A DNA stretch of 64,000 nt from NCBI GenBank assembly GCA_015059425.1, contig SVAM01000006.1, positions 14,017 to 78,016 on the forward strand, given 5' to 3'. Position 1 is the first letter of the stretch. The number at the start of each line of letters is the position of its first letter. Below the pieces are notes generated by a model that saw only the letters and a list, made by a program, of their open reading frames with translations, was not told the DNA's origin and searched no databases. Shown piece by piece: positions 49,455-59,312 of this stretch. Source of the DNA: Bacillota bacterium (GTDB taxonomy: Bacteria; Bacillota_I; Bacilli_A; RF39; UBA660). The translations under genes were made by a program, and so were the position numbers.

Positions 49455-49922
49455 TTAGAATGGTAAATCATCATCACTTAAAGTAATTTCTTCACCAAAA
49501 TCTTTAAATGGATCTTCTGAAATATCAGTAGTAGGCATTTCACTAGGCTCCATTGGAGCTTGATAATTGTTATCTACAAAAGGATTTGCACTACCTTGAT
49601 TATCATTTTTTGTCCCTAGGAAGGTAATATTATCACACATAACTTCTGTAACATATCTTTTACTACCATCTTGTGCAGTATAATTTCTTGTTTGAATGCG
49701 TCCTTCAACTGCAATTTGGCTTCCTTTACGACAGTATTTAGCTAAATTTTCAGCTTGTCTTCTCCATACTACACAGTTTATAAAATCTGTTTCAGGAGTT
49801 CCACCTTGTGAATTAAATGGACGAGATACTGCGATAGAAAATGTAGCAACACTTAAATTAGATGGTGTTGTTCTAAGTTCTGGATCTCTTGCTAACCTTC
49901 CGATTAAAATTACTTTATTCAT
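49455..49922 (-). CDS. ssb: Single-stranded DNA-binding protein
   Basis: MNKVILIGRLARDPELR OB fold and an acidic C-terminal tip DDDLPF. Confidence 0.96.
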   Translation of the reverse strand: MNKVILIGRLARDPELRTTPSNLSVATFSIAVSRPFNSQGGTPETDFINCVVWRRQAENLAKYCRKGSQIAVEGRIQTRNYTAQDGSKRYVTEVMCDNITFLGTKNDNQGSANPFVDNNYQAPMEPSEMPTTDISEDPFKDFGEEITLSDDDLPF

Positions 49923-49925
49923 ATT

Positions 49926-50216
49926 TTACTCCTCATCTAATTTAATAATTAAATGTCTTAATATTGTTTCATCAATTAATGCACGACGATCAAATTCATG
50001 TATTGTTTCGCTATCAGCTTCAACTTTTAATACATAGTAATATCCAGTTAATTCTTTCTTAATTGGATATGCTAATTTTCTTTCGCCCATCTCCTTAGTT
50101 TCTACTATTTTACCTTTACCATCAGTAATAATTTTTTTCATACTTTCGATAGTTTTCTTAATATTTTCAGATTCCATAGTAGTTTTAACGATGAACATGA
50201 TTTCATAATTAGTCAT
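49926..50216 (-). CDS. rpsF: 30S ribosomal protein S6
   Basis: YEIMFIV......E........G.RKLAYPI.K...G.Y. First gene of the rpsF-ssb-rpsR operon. Confidence 0.95.
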   Translation of the reverse strand: MTNYEIMFIVKTTMESENIKKTIESMKKIITDGKGKIVETKEMGERKLAYPIKKELTGYYYVLKVEADSETIHEFDRRALIDETILRHLIIKLDEE

Positions 50217-50319
50217 TTTTCCACCTCCTCATGGTCTATTGGCTTAAAAACTTAATTTTAAGCAAGGAGTAATTCATTTACTCGCTTAGTAGTATAACAA
50301 AAAAATATTGATTTGTAAA
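50217..50319 (-). promoter_or_regulatory. rpsF operon promoter plus structured leader
   Basis: Minus strand reads TTTACA-17 nt-TATACT (50291-50319). The leader contains the imperfect hairpin AAGCGAGTAA..TTACTCCTTGCTT before the GAGGAGGTGG RBS. Confidence 0.5.
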
Positions 50320-50359
50320 CTATAATTACTATAAATTTATATGTATATAAATAAAGAAA

Positions 50360-50956
50360 TTACTTAATTTCCTTAAATAATTTCTTAATATCTTTAGCTT
50401 TTGTATAAATCATAAATAAATTAGCAATTTCTAATATACAAGAAAGAACTATAAATATACCAGTCAACTGGATGATATCCATAGATGCCATTGGATTAAT
50501 AAGCATTAATAATCCAAAAATAAATAGTAAAATACTAGTAACTAACATGATTATCCAACCATCATAACTAATTTTTTTTAATTTGAAAGTCTCCAATAAT
50601 TTAACTGTAGAAATTACAATTAAATACATGCCTATGGTAAGAGTCAATATTTTAATAATTTTTAGTGGATTTAACATTACAAACAAGCCTAATATTAATA
50701 ATAATACTCCCATAAATATTTTAAATTTAAAAATTGGTAAATCTTTTCTCATTAAAAATTCATAGATAGCAAATATTCCAAAAAATATAAAATATAAACC
50801 TATAATAATGCCTACGATATTCGCTGTCACGTATGGATTCATATAAATAATAAATCCAAATACTAAAAATAAAATATTAAGTACTATATCTGCTAAAATA
50901 ATTTTATTAAATTCAAAACTTATTTTTTCTAAAAAGCTTTTTTCTTTCTTTTTCAT
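50360..50956 (-). CDS. HdeD/DUF308 family membrane protein
   Basis: Six regularly spaced TM helices with a repeated G..L...G......NP pattern. Confidence 0.6.
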   Translation of the reverse strand: MKKKEKSFLEKISFEFNKIILADIVLNILFLVFGFIIYMNPYVTANIVGIIIGLYFIFFGIFAIYEFLMRKDLPIFKFKIFMGVLLLILGLFVMLNPLKIIKILTLTIGMYLIVISTVKLLETFKLKKISYDGWIIMLVTSILLFIFGLLMLINPMASMDIIQLTGIFIVLSCILEIANLFMIYTKAKDIKKLFKEIK

Positions 50957-51132
50957 TTTTATCCTCCTATTATTATTATACTATGTTTTAAGTAGTAGTC
51001 AAATAAATATTTTGTCGTAAAACTTTATATTTTTAATATTTTATTTACGCGTTTAGTAAATATTTTTTTAACATAAATAGACAAAAAGACTAGATTATGC
51101 TATAATATATTTCCTTTGAAAGGGGAATAAAA

Positions 51133-52374
51133 ATGCATATTAAAGAATTAACTATTGCAGAATTTGATGCTTATGCTAAAGCAAATATCTTAGGTTCATA
51201 TTATCAAAGTTCATCTTACGCTTTATTAATGGCAGAAAACAATTTTGATTATGATTTAATTGGGTATGTAGATGAATTAGGTGTTATACAAGCTGCTGCT
51301 TTAATATTAATTAAAAAAATTGGTATGTATAAATATGGCTATTCTCCTAAAGGTTTTTTAATTGATTATTTTAATTATGATTTATTAAAATCATTTACAG
51401 GAGCTATAAAAAAATATTATTCTAAAAAACTTGCTTTTATAAAAATTAACCCTGAAATTGCAATCGGTGAAATAAATAAAGAAAACAAATTAACTAATTA
51501 TAATCAAAATATAGTTATTAGAGATTATTTAAAAGAGCTAGGGTATAAAAAATTAAAAGATAATTTATATTTTGAAGCATTATTCCCAAGATTTAATGCA
51601 ATTGTAAATTTAGAAGAATATGATTTTAATAATCTAAATAAAAATACTAAAAATAAAATAAGAAAAGCTGATAAAAAAGGATTAGTTATAGAAAAAGTTG
51701 AACGTGAAGGTTTAGATATATTATTTAATTTTATTAAAAATAAAAAAAATAGAAATGAATTTTATTATAAAAATTATTTTAATGTTTTTGAAAAAAATAA
51801 TTCATGTGATCTGTTTTTAATCAAAATAGATTATGAAAAATATTTATTGAATAGCAAAAATTTATATGATAAAGAGTTAGAAAAAAATAATATATTATCC
51901 CATAATTTAATTAATGATCCTAGCGAAACAAATATAAATAAAAAAATGAATTCTGATAAAGCACTACTATCATATAAAAATGATATTGAATACGCTACTC
52001 ATTATTTAAATAAAAACGAAAAAACCTATATAGCTGGAGCTTTAACTATTAAATTTAATAATAGAATTAATATTGCAATTAGTGGTATTGATACTAAATA
52101 TAAAGCATTTAATGCTAATTATTATTTGCATTATAAAATATTAGAATACTATAAAGATGCTTATAAATTTGTAGATTTAAATGGGATTACTGGCGATTTT
52201 ACAAATAATAATCCATATAAAGGTTTAAATGATTTTAAATTAGGTTTCAATCCCCATTTATATGAATTTATTGGAGAATTTGATTTAATTCTAAACGAAA
52301 ATGCTTATTATACTTTAAATAAAAAAGGATTGCTAGCTAAAGAATTTAATCATAATAAGCCTAAAAAACAATAA
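51133..52374 (+). CDS. FemAB family peptidoglycan interpeptide-bridge aminoacyltransferase
   Basis: ~410 aa with an N-terminal ...F.QS..Y......NGF.......VD pattern, a central coiled insertion, and a C-terminal ...D.NGI.G......PY.GL..FK.GF. Confidence 0.8.
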   Translation: MHIKELTIAEFDAYAKANILGSYYQSSSYALLMAENNFDYDLIGYVDELGVIQAAALILIKKIGMYKYGYSPKGFLIDYFNYDLLKSFTGAIKKYYSKKLAFIKINPEIAIGEINKENKLTNYNQNIVIRDYLKELGYKKLKDNLYFEALFPRFNAIVNLEEYDFNNLNKNTKNKIRKADKKGLVIEKVEREGLDILFNFIKNKKNRNEFYYKNYFNVFEKNNSCDLFLIKIDYEKYLLNSKNLYDKELEKNNILSHNLINDPSETNINKKMNSDKALLSYKNDIEYATHYLNKNEKTYIAGALTIKFNNRINIAISGIDTKYKAFNANYYLHYKILEYYKDAYKFVDLNGITGDFTNNNPYKGLNDFKLGFNPHLYEFIGEFDLILNENAYYTLNKKGLLAKEFNHNKPKKQ

Positions 52375-52386
52375 TTTTAATTTATT

Positions 52387-52415
52387 AAAAAAATATTCAA
52401 ATTGAATATTTTTTT
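52387..52415. terminator. Bidirectional terminator between convergent genes
   Basis: Palindrome aatattcaa-a-ttgaatatt, flanked by an A-run and a T-run. Confidence 0.7.
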
Positions 52416-52438
52416 CGTATATTTCTAAATTTATTATA

Positions 52439-54043
52439 TTAAGGAATATAATACGGACTGTTTATAGTTCCTGTTCCAGCTATTTTATTTGGTTTTATAT
52501 TTATCACTGGGCGGACAACTGTTCCATTTGAATTTATAACGGTGTAACAGATGTCACCATTAATTCTGATTCGCAAAACATACGACGTCCCGCCAGAAGA
52601 ATAGGTTGGGGACATTGTCCAATATTCTACACCCGTATATAAATAATATTCTTTATTATTTCCTTCTTCGCTAGATATATTATAATGTAAAGCTCCAGCA
52701 AAAGCTGCTTCATCTGCAGTAATTAAACCAATCGGATAGTCTAATGATTTATTTCCATTACCTGAAATACTTGTTGTATATAGATTATTTTTAATGTCAG
52801 GACATTTAAATGATGGATTTTTGATTGACCTGCTTAATCTAACATAAACTCCGTAATATGTGTTAGTAGTTCCTGTCCCTCCACCTTCTATTGTTCCATT
52901 GGAGTTTGTATATGCGCTTCTATCTCCACAAAATCCAGATTCAATATCTAAGTACTCTTCATAATCTTGTAGTTCATTATCTTCACTCTCATACCATGAT
53001 TCTAGAGCTTTTAACACTTCTGATTTTGTTCCATTACCATTTGCAGTACCCAATGTATATTTAAATCCTACATATTCTGCTTGATCTTTGCTTGTATTAA
53101 ATGCGCTTTCCCCTATTTGAAAATATGTGGTTTCACTATCATCATATCCATTAGATAATACTTCTTCTCTGTTTTCTAAATTATCTATAACACTGGCATC
53201 TCCGGTATATATCATTCGTATAGAACCATTACCATTTATTCTAATAATTCGCCAATAAAATCCAGCAAATTTCATATAGTTATCAGTTACATCTCCACGA
53301 TAATAATAAGTAGTACCATCATCATCTGCAGCTTTATAAATACCTACTGTTGCTTCACATGTTGTATCATTTGCAGTATCACATGTTGAATAACTTGTTT
53401 TACTAAAATTAGGTGCCCCTTCACCTATTTTACTATGAGCAAGGATATAATCTTTAACTCCTCCTGCTTCACTTATAATATCTAGTTTAAAGTTAGCGGT
53501 CTTATTCTCTATATCTTCACTAATTAAACTATCATCTAACCATATTCTTAAATACTTAGTTTCTGTTTGGGTTCCTATTTCTAAAACTCCACTTTCAATT
53601 TTATAATAATTTATTCCATTTTGTGTAAACGAACCATCTTTATCTATTAAACTTGATAATATAACTGGTTCAGTGAACTCATTACCGTTATCACTTATTG
53701 ATATGTATATATAATCATGATTTACTGTATTTGTTTCATTTGTGTATAAATATATTTCATATGTGGCAGGTATATCACTATTTGAATTACTTATTGTATA
53801 AGAAATTGGTTCTAATTCTTTAGCTTCATCTAAACTTATAACATTTGATACATTAATAGGATTATTATTATTTACGCCACTTATAGATAATTCTAAGGTT
53901 CCTGCTTTTATAACTTGATTTAATTCATTTGATTTTACATCAAAAAAGATAGCATAACTTATTCCAATTAATGCTATGGAAATTAGTACTATAGCAAGTG
54001 CTATAACAGTAGTTTGTTTTTTTATGATATCCTGTACTTTCAT
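52439..54043 (-). CDS. Secreted two-module protein: TasA/camelysin-like N-terminal module plus conserved C-terminal module
   Basis: N-terminus ...ALIGISYAIFFDVKSNELNQVIKAGTLELSISG fits the SipW-type signal-peptide/TasA pattern (A.F.D....N.....AGTL.L). The C-terminal module is paralogous to that of the 41912-43303 product. Confidence 0.65.
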   Translation of the reverse strand: MKVQDIIKKQTTVIALAIVLISIALIGISYAIFFDVKSNELNQVIKAGTLELSISGVNNNNPINVSNVISLDEAKELEPISYTISNSNSDIPATYEIYLYTNETNTVNHDYIYISISDNGNEFTEPVILSSLIDKDGSFTQNGINYYKIESGVLEIGTQTETKYLRIWLDDSLISEDIENKTANFKLDIISEAGGVKDYILAHSKIGEGAPNFSKTSYSTCDTANDTTCEATVGIYKAADDDGTTYYYRGDVTDNYMKFAGFYWRIIRINGNGSIRMIYTGDASVIDNLENREEVLSNGYDDSETTYFQIGESAFNTSKDQAEYVGFKYTLGTANGNGTKSEVLKALESWYESEDNELQDYEEYLDIESGFCGDRSAYTNSNGTIEGGGTGTTNTYYGVYVRLSRSIKNPSFKCPDIKNNLYTTSISGNGNKSLDYPIGLITADEAAFAGALHYNISSEEGNNKEYYLYTGVEYWTMSPTYSSGGTSYVLRIRINGDICYTVINSNGTVVRPVINIKPNKIAGTGTINSPYYIP

Positions 54044-54132
54044 ACTATCCCACCGTATTATAATAATAACATAAAAAACAGATAAAATAAAGGTTATTTT
54101 ATCTGTTTAGAAAATAATTTTTTTGATATATC

Positions 54133-54720
54133 TTATTCTATATTTTCTTCAGCTACTTCACTAATTATATATAAATTTATTGTTACAGTCTCTTCTTTGA
54201 TATCTTGTGTTATCATATCTTCATCTAACCATAATCTTAATTCTGTTGTTGTTCCAGTTACTCCAGGCTGTAATGTATTTGAATCTATTTTATAATAAGT
54301 ATTATTATCTACTGTTAATATATCATTCTCACTTAAATCTGTTATACCAAAATATTCTTCTTCATCAATTGATAATTTGACATAATCTAATATATTTTCA
54401 TTTTGTATGTCTAGGTATATAGTATATGAAGCTGGTAAAGTACTTTCTTCTGTATGATTAACTGTATATGTAGCAATTGGTGAAGATGATATTCCAACAT
54501 CATTTATCATTACTAAAGAATCCCCATCAATATTTGTTAATTCTTCTTCAGTTGCTGATATAATTAATTTTAAAGTTCCTGCGGTTATAACTTGATTTTT
54601 AGTATTTGCTTTTACATCAAAAAATATTGCATAACTTACCCCAGTTAATGTAAGTGCTACTAATACTATAGCAATAGCTACTACTGTAGTTTGATTCTTC
54701 AATATATCCTTTATTTTCAT
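54133..54720 (-). CDS. Secreted TasA/camelysin-like single-module protein
   Basis: MKIKDILKNQTTVVAIAIVLVALTLTGVSYAIFFDVKANTKNQVITAGTLKL. Paralogue of the first ~190 aa of the downstream gene product. Start set to ATG at 54720. Confidence 0.65.
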   Translation of the reverse strand: MKIKDILKNQTTVVAIAIVLVALTLTGVSYAIFFDVKANTKNQVITAGTLKLIISATEEELTNIDGDSLVMINDVGISSSPIATYTVNHTEESTLPASYTIYLDIQNENILDYVKLSIDEEEYFGITDLSENDILTVDNNTYYKIDSNTLQPGVTGTTTELRLWLDEDMITQDIKEETVTINLYIISEVAEENIE

Positions 54721-54786
54721 TCTACTCACCATATCATAATAATAACATAAAAAAGTGATAAAATAAACTTATATTTTATCACTTTT

Positions 54787-55236
54787 TTAAAAAACATTGT
54801 TTTCAATGAAATCGTATGAATAATTATTGTTTTTACCAATGATTGTTGGCTTTATATCAAAATAGTTTGTATCTGCAGATATATATGTATCAACTAACGT
54901 ATATATTTCTTTATTTCCTTTATTTTCACTATAAAAATCTTTTAAATTATAATTTTCTTCATTGATTTTTATTGTTGAATTTAATACATCAATATCTTCA
55001 TTTACTACTAATAATATTTTATAATTCTTATTTATATAATACTCATTTGTAGCTATAATTGTATCTATATCATTTTCTTCATAAATATCAAAGTACATAT
55101 TATAATCATCTAATGTTGTTACTTTAGCTGTACTAAATCTCTCTTCAAAATTTTTCCATATAGGTATAGAAATTATTACAAAACCTATTACAATAATTAT
55201 TTCGACAATTTTTCCCCAAATTAACTTGTCAACCAA
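54787..55236 (-). CDS. Membrane-anchored hypothetical protein
   Basis: N-terminal TM segment (IVEIIIVIGFVIISIPIW). TTG start as given in the ORF track. First gene of the three-gene secreted-protein cluster. Confidence 0.4.
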   Translation of the reverse strand: MVDKLIWGKIVEIIIVIGFVIISIPIWKNFEERFSTAKVTTLDDYNMYFDIYEENDIDTIIATNEYYINKNYKILLVVNEDIDVLNSTIKINEENYNLKDFYSENKGNKEIYTLVDTYISADTNYFDIKPTIIGKNNNYSYDFIENNVF

Positions 55237-55289
55237 AATATATATCCCCCTTAATTACAGTAATTATAGCATATTTACATAAAAATGTC

Positions 55290-55312
55290 AAAAAGTGTCA
55301 TATTAGACACTT
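55290..55312 (-). terminator. Rho-independent terminator after fic
   Basis: Stem agtgtc/gacact with a T-run on the minus strand. Confidence 0.6.
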
Positions 55313-55315
55313 TCT

Positions 55316-56293
55316 TTATTTTACTTTCCAATATCCACCATTATCAGGGCCAATTCTTTCTATAAAATTATTGTCTATTAATTTTTTTAAATTATATTTA
55401 ACGCCATCAGTAGTAATCTTAAGTTCTTTTGCTAATTCATTTCTTGTTATTTTTGGATTATCTTTTATAAGATTTATTATTCTTATTTGACTGTGGTTTA
55501 ACTTTATTTTCTGGGTAGTTTTCTGGGTAGTTTTATTTAATGATGAATTAATGCAATTTAACATAAACTTTATAAATATATTAGCATTACCATTTATATG
55601 ACAAGTTGCTATTGAATTATAATACTCTTCATGATTTAAATATATTTCTTCTTCAATTGGTATATATTTAAAATTTGAATTCCAACTAGTTAAAATTAAA
55701 CTTACCCAAAATCTGGCTATTCTTCCATTACCATCACTAAATGGATGAATATAAACAAAATAATAATGAAATACGGCTGATAAAATTAATGGATGTATTA
55801 GGTTTTCATTATCTTTTAAATATTTAAATAAACTTTTCATTAGTGGTGGCACTAATATAGATTCAGGCGCTGTATAAATTATATTATTTCCCTTTTTTAC
55901 TGCTTCACCATGATTTCTATAGCATCCGTTATCATCTTCAAAATACTTCATTAAAAGAGTATGTGCTTTTAAAAAATCTTCTTCACTTTTCCAATCATAT
56001 TTATCTATATTTTCATATAATTCGTTTGCATTTTTTACTTCTTGAATTTCTTTTCTATCACCTAACACCACTTCATTATCAATGATTCTTTCAACTGAAT
56101 TTAAGGATAAAGAATTAGCCTCTATAGCAAGAGAAGAATAAATAGATCTAACTTTAGATTTTATTTGCAAGTTTCTTTTTTTACTGTTATCATTTATAAC
56201 TATTAAAGAAAGTTTTTTTTCTATTTTTTTAATACTATTTTTGTTTTCATCGCTTATGTAAAATATTGGTTCTATGGTATCTATATTTCTCAT
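55316..56293 (-). CDS. fic: Fic family protein with C-terminal winged-helix domain
   Basis: Canonical Fic motif HPFSDGNGRIARF. The C-terminus IRIINLIKDNPKITRNELAKELKITTDGVKYNLKKL is wHTH-like. Confidence 0.9.
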   Translation of the reverse strand: MRNIDTIEPIFYISDENKNSIKKIEKKLSLIVINDNSKKRNLQIKSKVRSIYSSLAIEANSLSLNSVERIIDNEVVLGDRKEIQEVKNANELYENIDKYDWKSEEDFLKAHTLLMKYFEDDNGCYRNHGEAVKKGNNIIYTAPESILVPPLMKSLFKYLKDNENLIHPLILSAVFHYYFVYIHPFSDGNGRIARFWVSLILTSWNSNFKYIPIEEEIYLNHEEYYNSIATCHINGNANIFIKFMLNCINSSLNKTTQKTTQKIKLNHSQIRIINLIKDNPKITRNELAKELKITTDGVKYNLKKLIDNNFIERIGPDNGGYWKVK

Positions 56294-56316
56294 TCTAACC
56301 TCATTTTCAACTCGTT

Positions 56317-58707
56317 TTATTTAACAACTATATTAACTATTTTTCCTTTAATAATTATTATTTTAACTATTTCTTTACCATCAATATGTTTTAATACATT
56401 TTCGTTTTGTAAAGATTTTTCTTTGATTATTTCTTCAGAATCCTCCGTACTAATTGTTATTTCACCACGTAATTTACCATTTACCTGTATTCCTATAGTT
56501 TTTTCATTTTCAATAGTTTTAGCTTCGTCATATGTTGGCCATGGTTCATTTGCTATAGACTCATTATGTCCTAATTTTTCCCATATTTCTTCTGTCATAA
56601 ATGGTGTAATTGGGTTTAATAATTTAATAAATCCTTCAGCATAAGCTCTTGGAAATACATTTTCTTTATATACGGCATTTATAAATATCATCATTTGACT
56701 TATTGCAGTATTAAAGTTAAGTGTTTCATAATCATTTGTAACTTTTTTTACTGTTTGATGATAAATCATTTCTAAGTTTTTATTTTCTTCATCTTTTATT
56801 TTATTTTCTTCAGTATATAATCTCCATACCCGGTCTAAGAACTTACGACTTCCTTCAACTGCACTATTATTCCATGGTTTATCAGCTTCAAGTGGTCCCA
56901 TAAACATTTCATAGAATCTTAATGTATCTGCACCATACTTATTTACTATATCATTTGGATTAACTGAATATTCTGGATATCTTTTACCCATTTTAATACC
57001 ATTTGAGCCTAAAATCATTCCTTGATGAACTAACTTTTTAAATGGTTCTTTAACTGGCACTAAACCTTTATCATATAAATAATTGTTCCACATACGTGAA
57101 TATAATAAATGCCCTACTGCATGTTCAGGTCCACCTACATATAAATCTACTGGCATCCAATGTTTTAATAATTCTTGGTTAGCAAACTCTTTATCATTAT
57201 CTGGGTCAATATATCTTAAGAAATACCAACTAGATCCGGCTGATCCTGGCATTGTAGATGTTTCTCTTTTAACTTTCTCACCTTTGTAAGTTAATTCTTT
57301 CCAATCCGTAGCACTTTCTAATGGACTTAAACCATTCTTAGGAGAATAATCTTCTAATTCTGGTAATACAAGTGGTAAATCTTCATCATCTAAAGCCATA
57401 GATGAACCATCTTCTTTATGTACTATTGGAATTGGTTCTCCCCAATATCTTTGACGAGCAAAAATCCATTCTCTTAAACGATAATTTATTTTCTTTTTAC
57501 CAATATTATTTTCTTCTAACCATTCAATCATTTTATTAATAGCAGTAACTTTGTCTAAACCATTTAAAAATTCAGAATTAATATGTACTCCGTCTCCAGT
57601 ATAAGCTTCTTCTAAAACATTTCCACCCTCAATTACTGGTATAATATCTATATTAAACTTTTTAGCAAATTCATAGTCTCTTTCATCGTGAGCTGGTACT
57701 GCCATTATGGCACCTGTACCATAACTTGCTAAAACATAATCGCTTATCCAAATAGGTATTTCTTTATTATTAACAGGATTTATAGCATATGCTCCAATAA
57801 AAACTCCTGTTTTTTCTTTATTTAATTCTGTTCTTTCTAAATCTGATTTTTTAGCACATTCTTTTTTGTAATTATCAACTTCTTCTTTAAATTCTTCTGT
57901 AGTTATTTCATCTACTAAAATATGTTCAGGTGATAATACACAGTAAGTTGCTCCAAATAATGTATCACATCTCGTTGTAAATACTGTAAATGTTTTATCA
58001 CTATCTTTTATTTTAAAATCTACATGCGCTCCAATACTTTTTCCTATCCAATTTCTTTGTATTTCTTTGGTAGATTCTGGCCAATCTATTTCATTTAAAC
58101 CTTCTAATAACTTTTCAGAATACTTAGGCATATCAATTACCCATTGACGCATATTTTTTCTAATTACTGGATATCCGCCACGTTCACTTTTGCCATCAAT
58201 AACTTCATCATTAGCTAAAACTGTACCTAATTCTTCACACCAGTTAACTGGCATTTCTATTTCTTTAGCTAAACCATCTTCATAAAGTTTTTTAAATATC
58301 CATTGAGTCCATTTATAGAATTTAGGATCACTTGTACTAACTTGTCTATCCCAATCATAAGCAAAACCTAACATCTTTAACTGATTAGTAAAAGTTTTAA
58401 TATTTTCTTCAGTAAAAATGCCTGGATGATTACCTGTTTTTATTGCATATTGTTCTGCTGGTAAACCAAACGAATCAAAGCCCATTGGATGTAATACATT
58501 AAAACCTTGCATTTTTTTCATACGGCATACAATATCTGTAGCAGTATAACCTTCAGGATGTCCAGCATGTAAGCCTACTCCTGATGGGTAAGGAAACATG
58601 TCTAATGCATAATATTTAGGCTTAGTAAAATCCCATATGTCTGTTTTAAAAGTTTTATTCTCTTCCCAATATTTAATCCATTTTGTTTCTATTTCTTTTG
58701 TGTTCAT
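56317..58707 (-). CDS. leuS: Leucine--tRNA ligase
   Basis: 796 aa class I synthetase with [15 protein letters not shown] (HIGH region), a CP1 editing domain, and a KMGK(R) KMSKS-like loop. Confidence 0.96.
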   Translation of the reverse strand: MNTKEIETKWIKYWEENKTFKTDIWDFTKPKYYALDMFPYPSGVGLHAGHPEGYTATDIVCRMKKMQGFNVLHPMGFDSFGLPAEQYAIKTGNHPGIFTEENIKTFTNQLKMLGFAYDWDRQVSTSDPKFYKWTQWIFKKLYEDGLAKEIEMPVNWCEELGTVLANDEVIDGKSERGGYPVIRKNMRQWVIDMPKYSEKLLEGLNEIDWPESTKEIQRNWIGKSIGAHVDFKIKDSDKTFTVFTTRCDTLFGATYCVLSPEHILVDEITTEEFKEEVDNYKKECAKKSDLERTELNKEKTGVFIGAYAINPVNNKEIPIWISDYVLASYGTGAIMAVPAHDERDYEFAKKFNIDIIPVIEGGNVLEEAYTGDGVHINSEFLNGLDKVTAINKMIEWLEENNIGKKKINYRLREWIFARQRYWGEPIPIVHKEDGSSMALDDEDLPLVLPELEDYSPKNGLSPLESATDWKELTYKGEKVKRETSTMPGSAGSSWYFLRYIDPDNDKEFANQELLKHWMPVDLYVGGPEHAVGHLLYSRMWNNYLYDKGLVPVKEPFKKLVHQGMILGSNGIKMGKRYPEYSVNPNDIVNKYGADTLRFYEMFMGPLEADKPWNNSAVEGSRKFLDRVWRLYTEENKIKDEENKNLEMIYHQTVKKVTNDYETLNFNTAISQMMIFINAVYKENVFPRAYAEGFIKLLNPITPFMTEEIWEKLGHNESIANEPWPTYDEAKTIENEKTIGIQVNGKLRGEITISTEDSEEIIKEKSLQNENVLKHIDGKEIVKIIIIKGKIVNIVVK

Positions 58708-59099
58708 TTTTTATCCTCTTTTCTTTTTAAATAACTTCCGTATATTTCGTATAGTGAATATATAAGTCCAAATAATAAGACAAATGCGATTAATAATTGC
58801 CACATTATTTTAAACGGAAACATTATTATTACACTTGATACAATTGATATAATAAAACTGTTAATTATAGATATCCATAAAATCATATTTTCTTTATTTA
58901 ATTTTCTCTTGTCTAGTTTGAATTTTGCAACTAAATAATCAATTTCACTTATATTTTTAACTTTTTTCTTTTTACCTTTTTTAGTAGTTCCATTATTGTT
59001 TAATAACTTTAATTTCCTTTTATTGATAAAAAAATAATCCACTATAAATATAATTATAAATAAGGTTAAAAAAATTAATAAACTCTCTTCGTATTTCAT
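58704..59099 (-). CDS. Small membrane protein (3 TM segments, Lys-rich loop)
   Basis: 131 aa. GGAGGA RBS directly after the T-box terminator. The stop overlaps the leuS start (ATGA). Confidence 0.55.
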   Translation of the reverse strand: MKYEESLLIFLTLFIIIFIVDYFFINKRKLKLLNNNGTTKKGKKKKVKNISEIDYLVAKFKLDKRKLNKENMILWISIINSFIISIVSSVIIMFPFKIMWQLLIAFVLLFGLIYSLYEIYGSYLKRKEDKK

Positions 59100-59104
59100 A
59101 TATC

Positions 59105-59275
59105 CTCCTAAAATAAAAAAGTGGTACTATCAAGGGCGAATTAATCGCGGTACCACCTTTATTTATTACTTTATTAGTCTTTAAGGGAACTATCCCACAT
59201 ACTCTAAAAAGCAAGTTCATAATCTTTTACGTTAATTTTCACCAACCATTAACTCTCTATAGGTAAAATTAATTA
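59105..59275 (-). promoter_or_regulatory. T-box riboswitch leader (probable Leu specifier)
   Basis: The minus strand contains AGAGAG..GGTGAAA (stem I elements) and GAACUUG (candidate CUU specifier at 59213-59215). It also has the T-box core AAAGGTGGTACCGCG (59146-59160) and a terminator GTGGTAC...GTACCAC plus T-run that competes with it. Confidence 0.75.
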
Positions 59276-59312
59276 CTACTACTCTTTTTTTCAACGTATT
59301 TATCATATTTTA

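Noticed and set aside
55316-56293. The Fic gene plus the neighbouring secreted-protein genes could form a toxin-effector or defence island.
   Set aside because: A terminator separates fic from the downstream cluster. fic instead looks co-transcribed with leuS, and I recognised no antitoxin, secretion or defence hallmark genes.
59020-59220. 66-aa minus-strand ORF upstream of the small membrane protein gene.
   Set aside because: It spans the T-box core and terminator (GGTGGTACCGCG...), so the region is better explained as a riboswitch leader.
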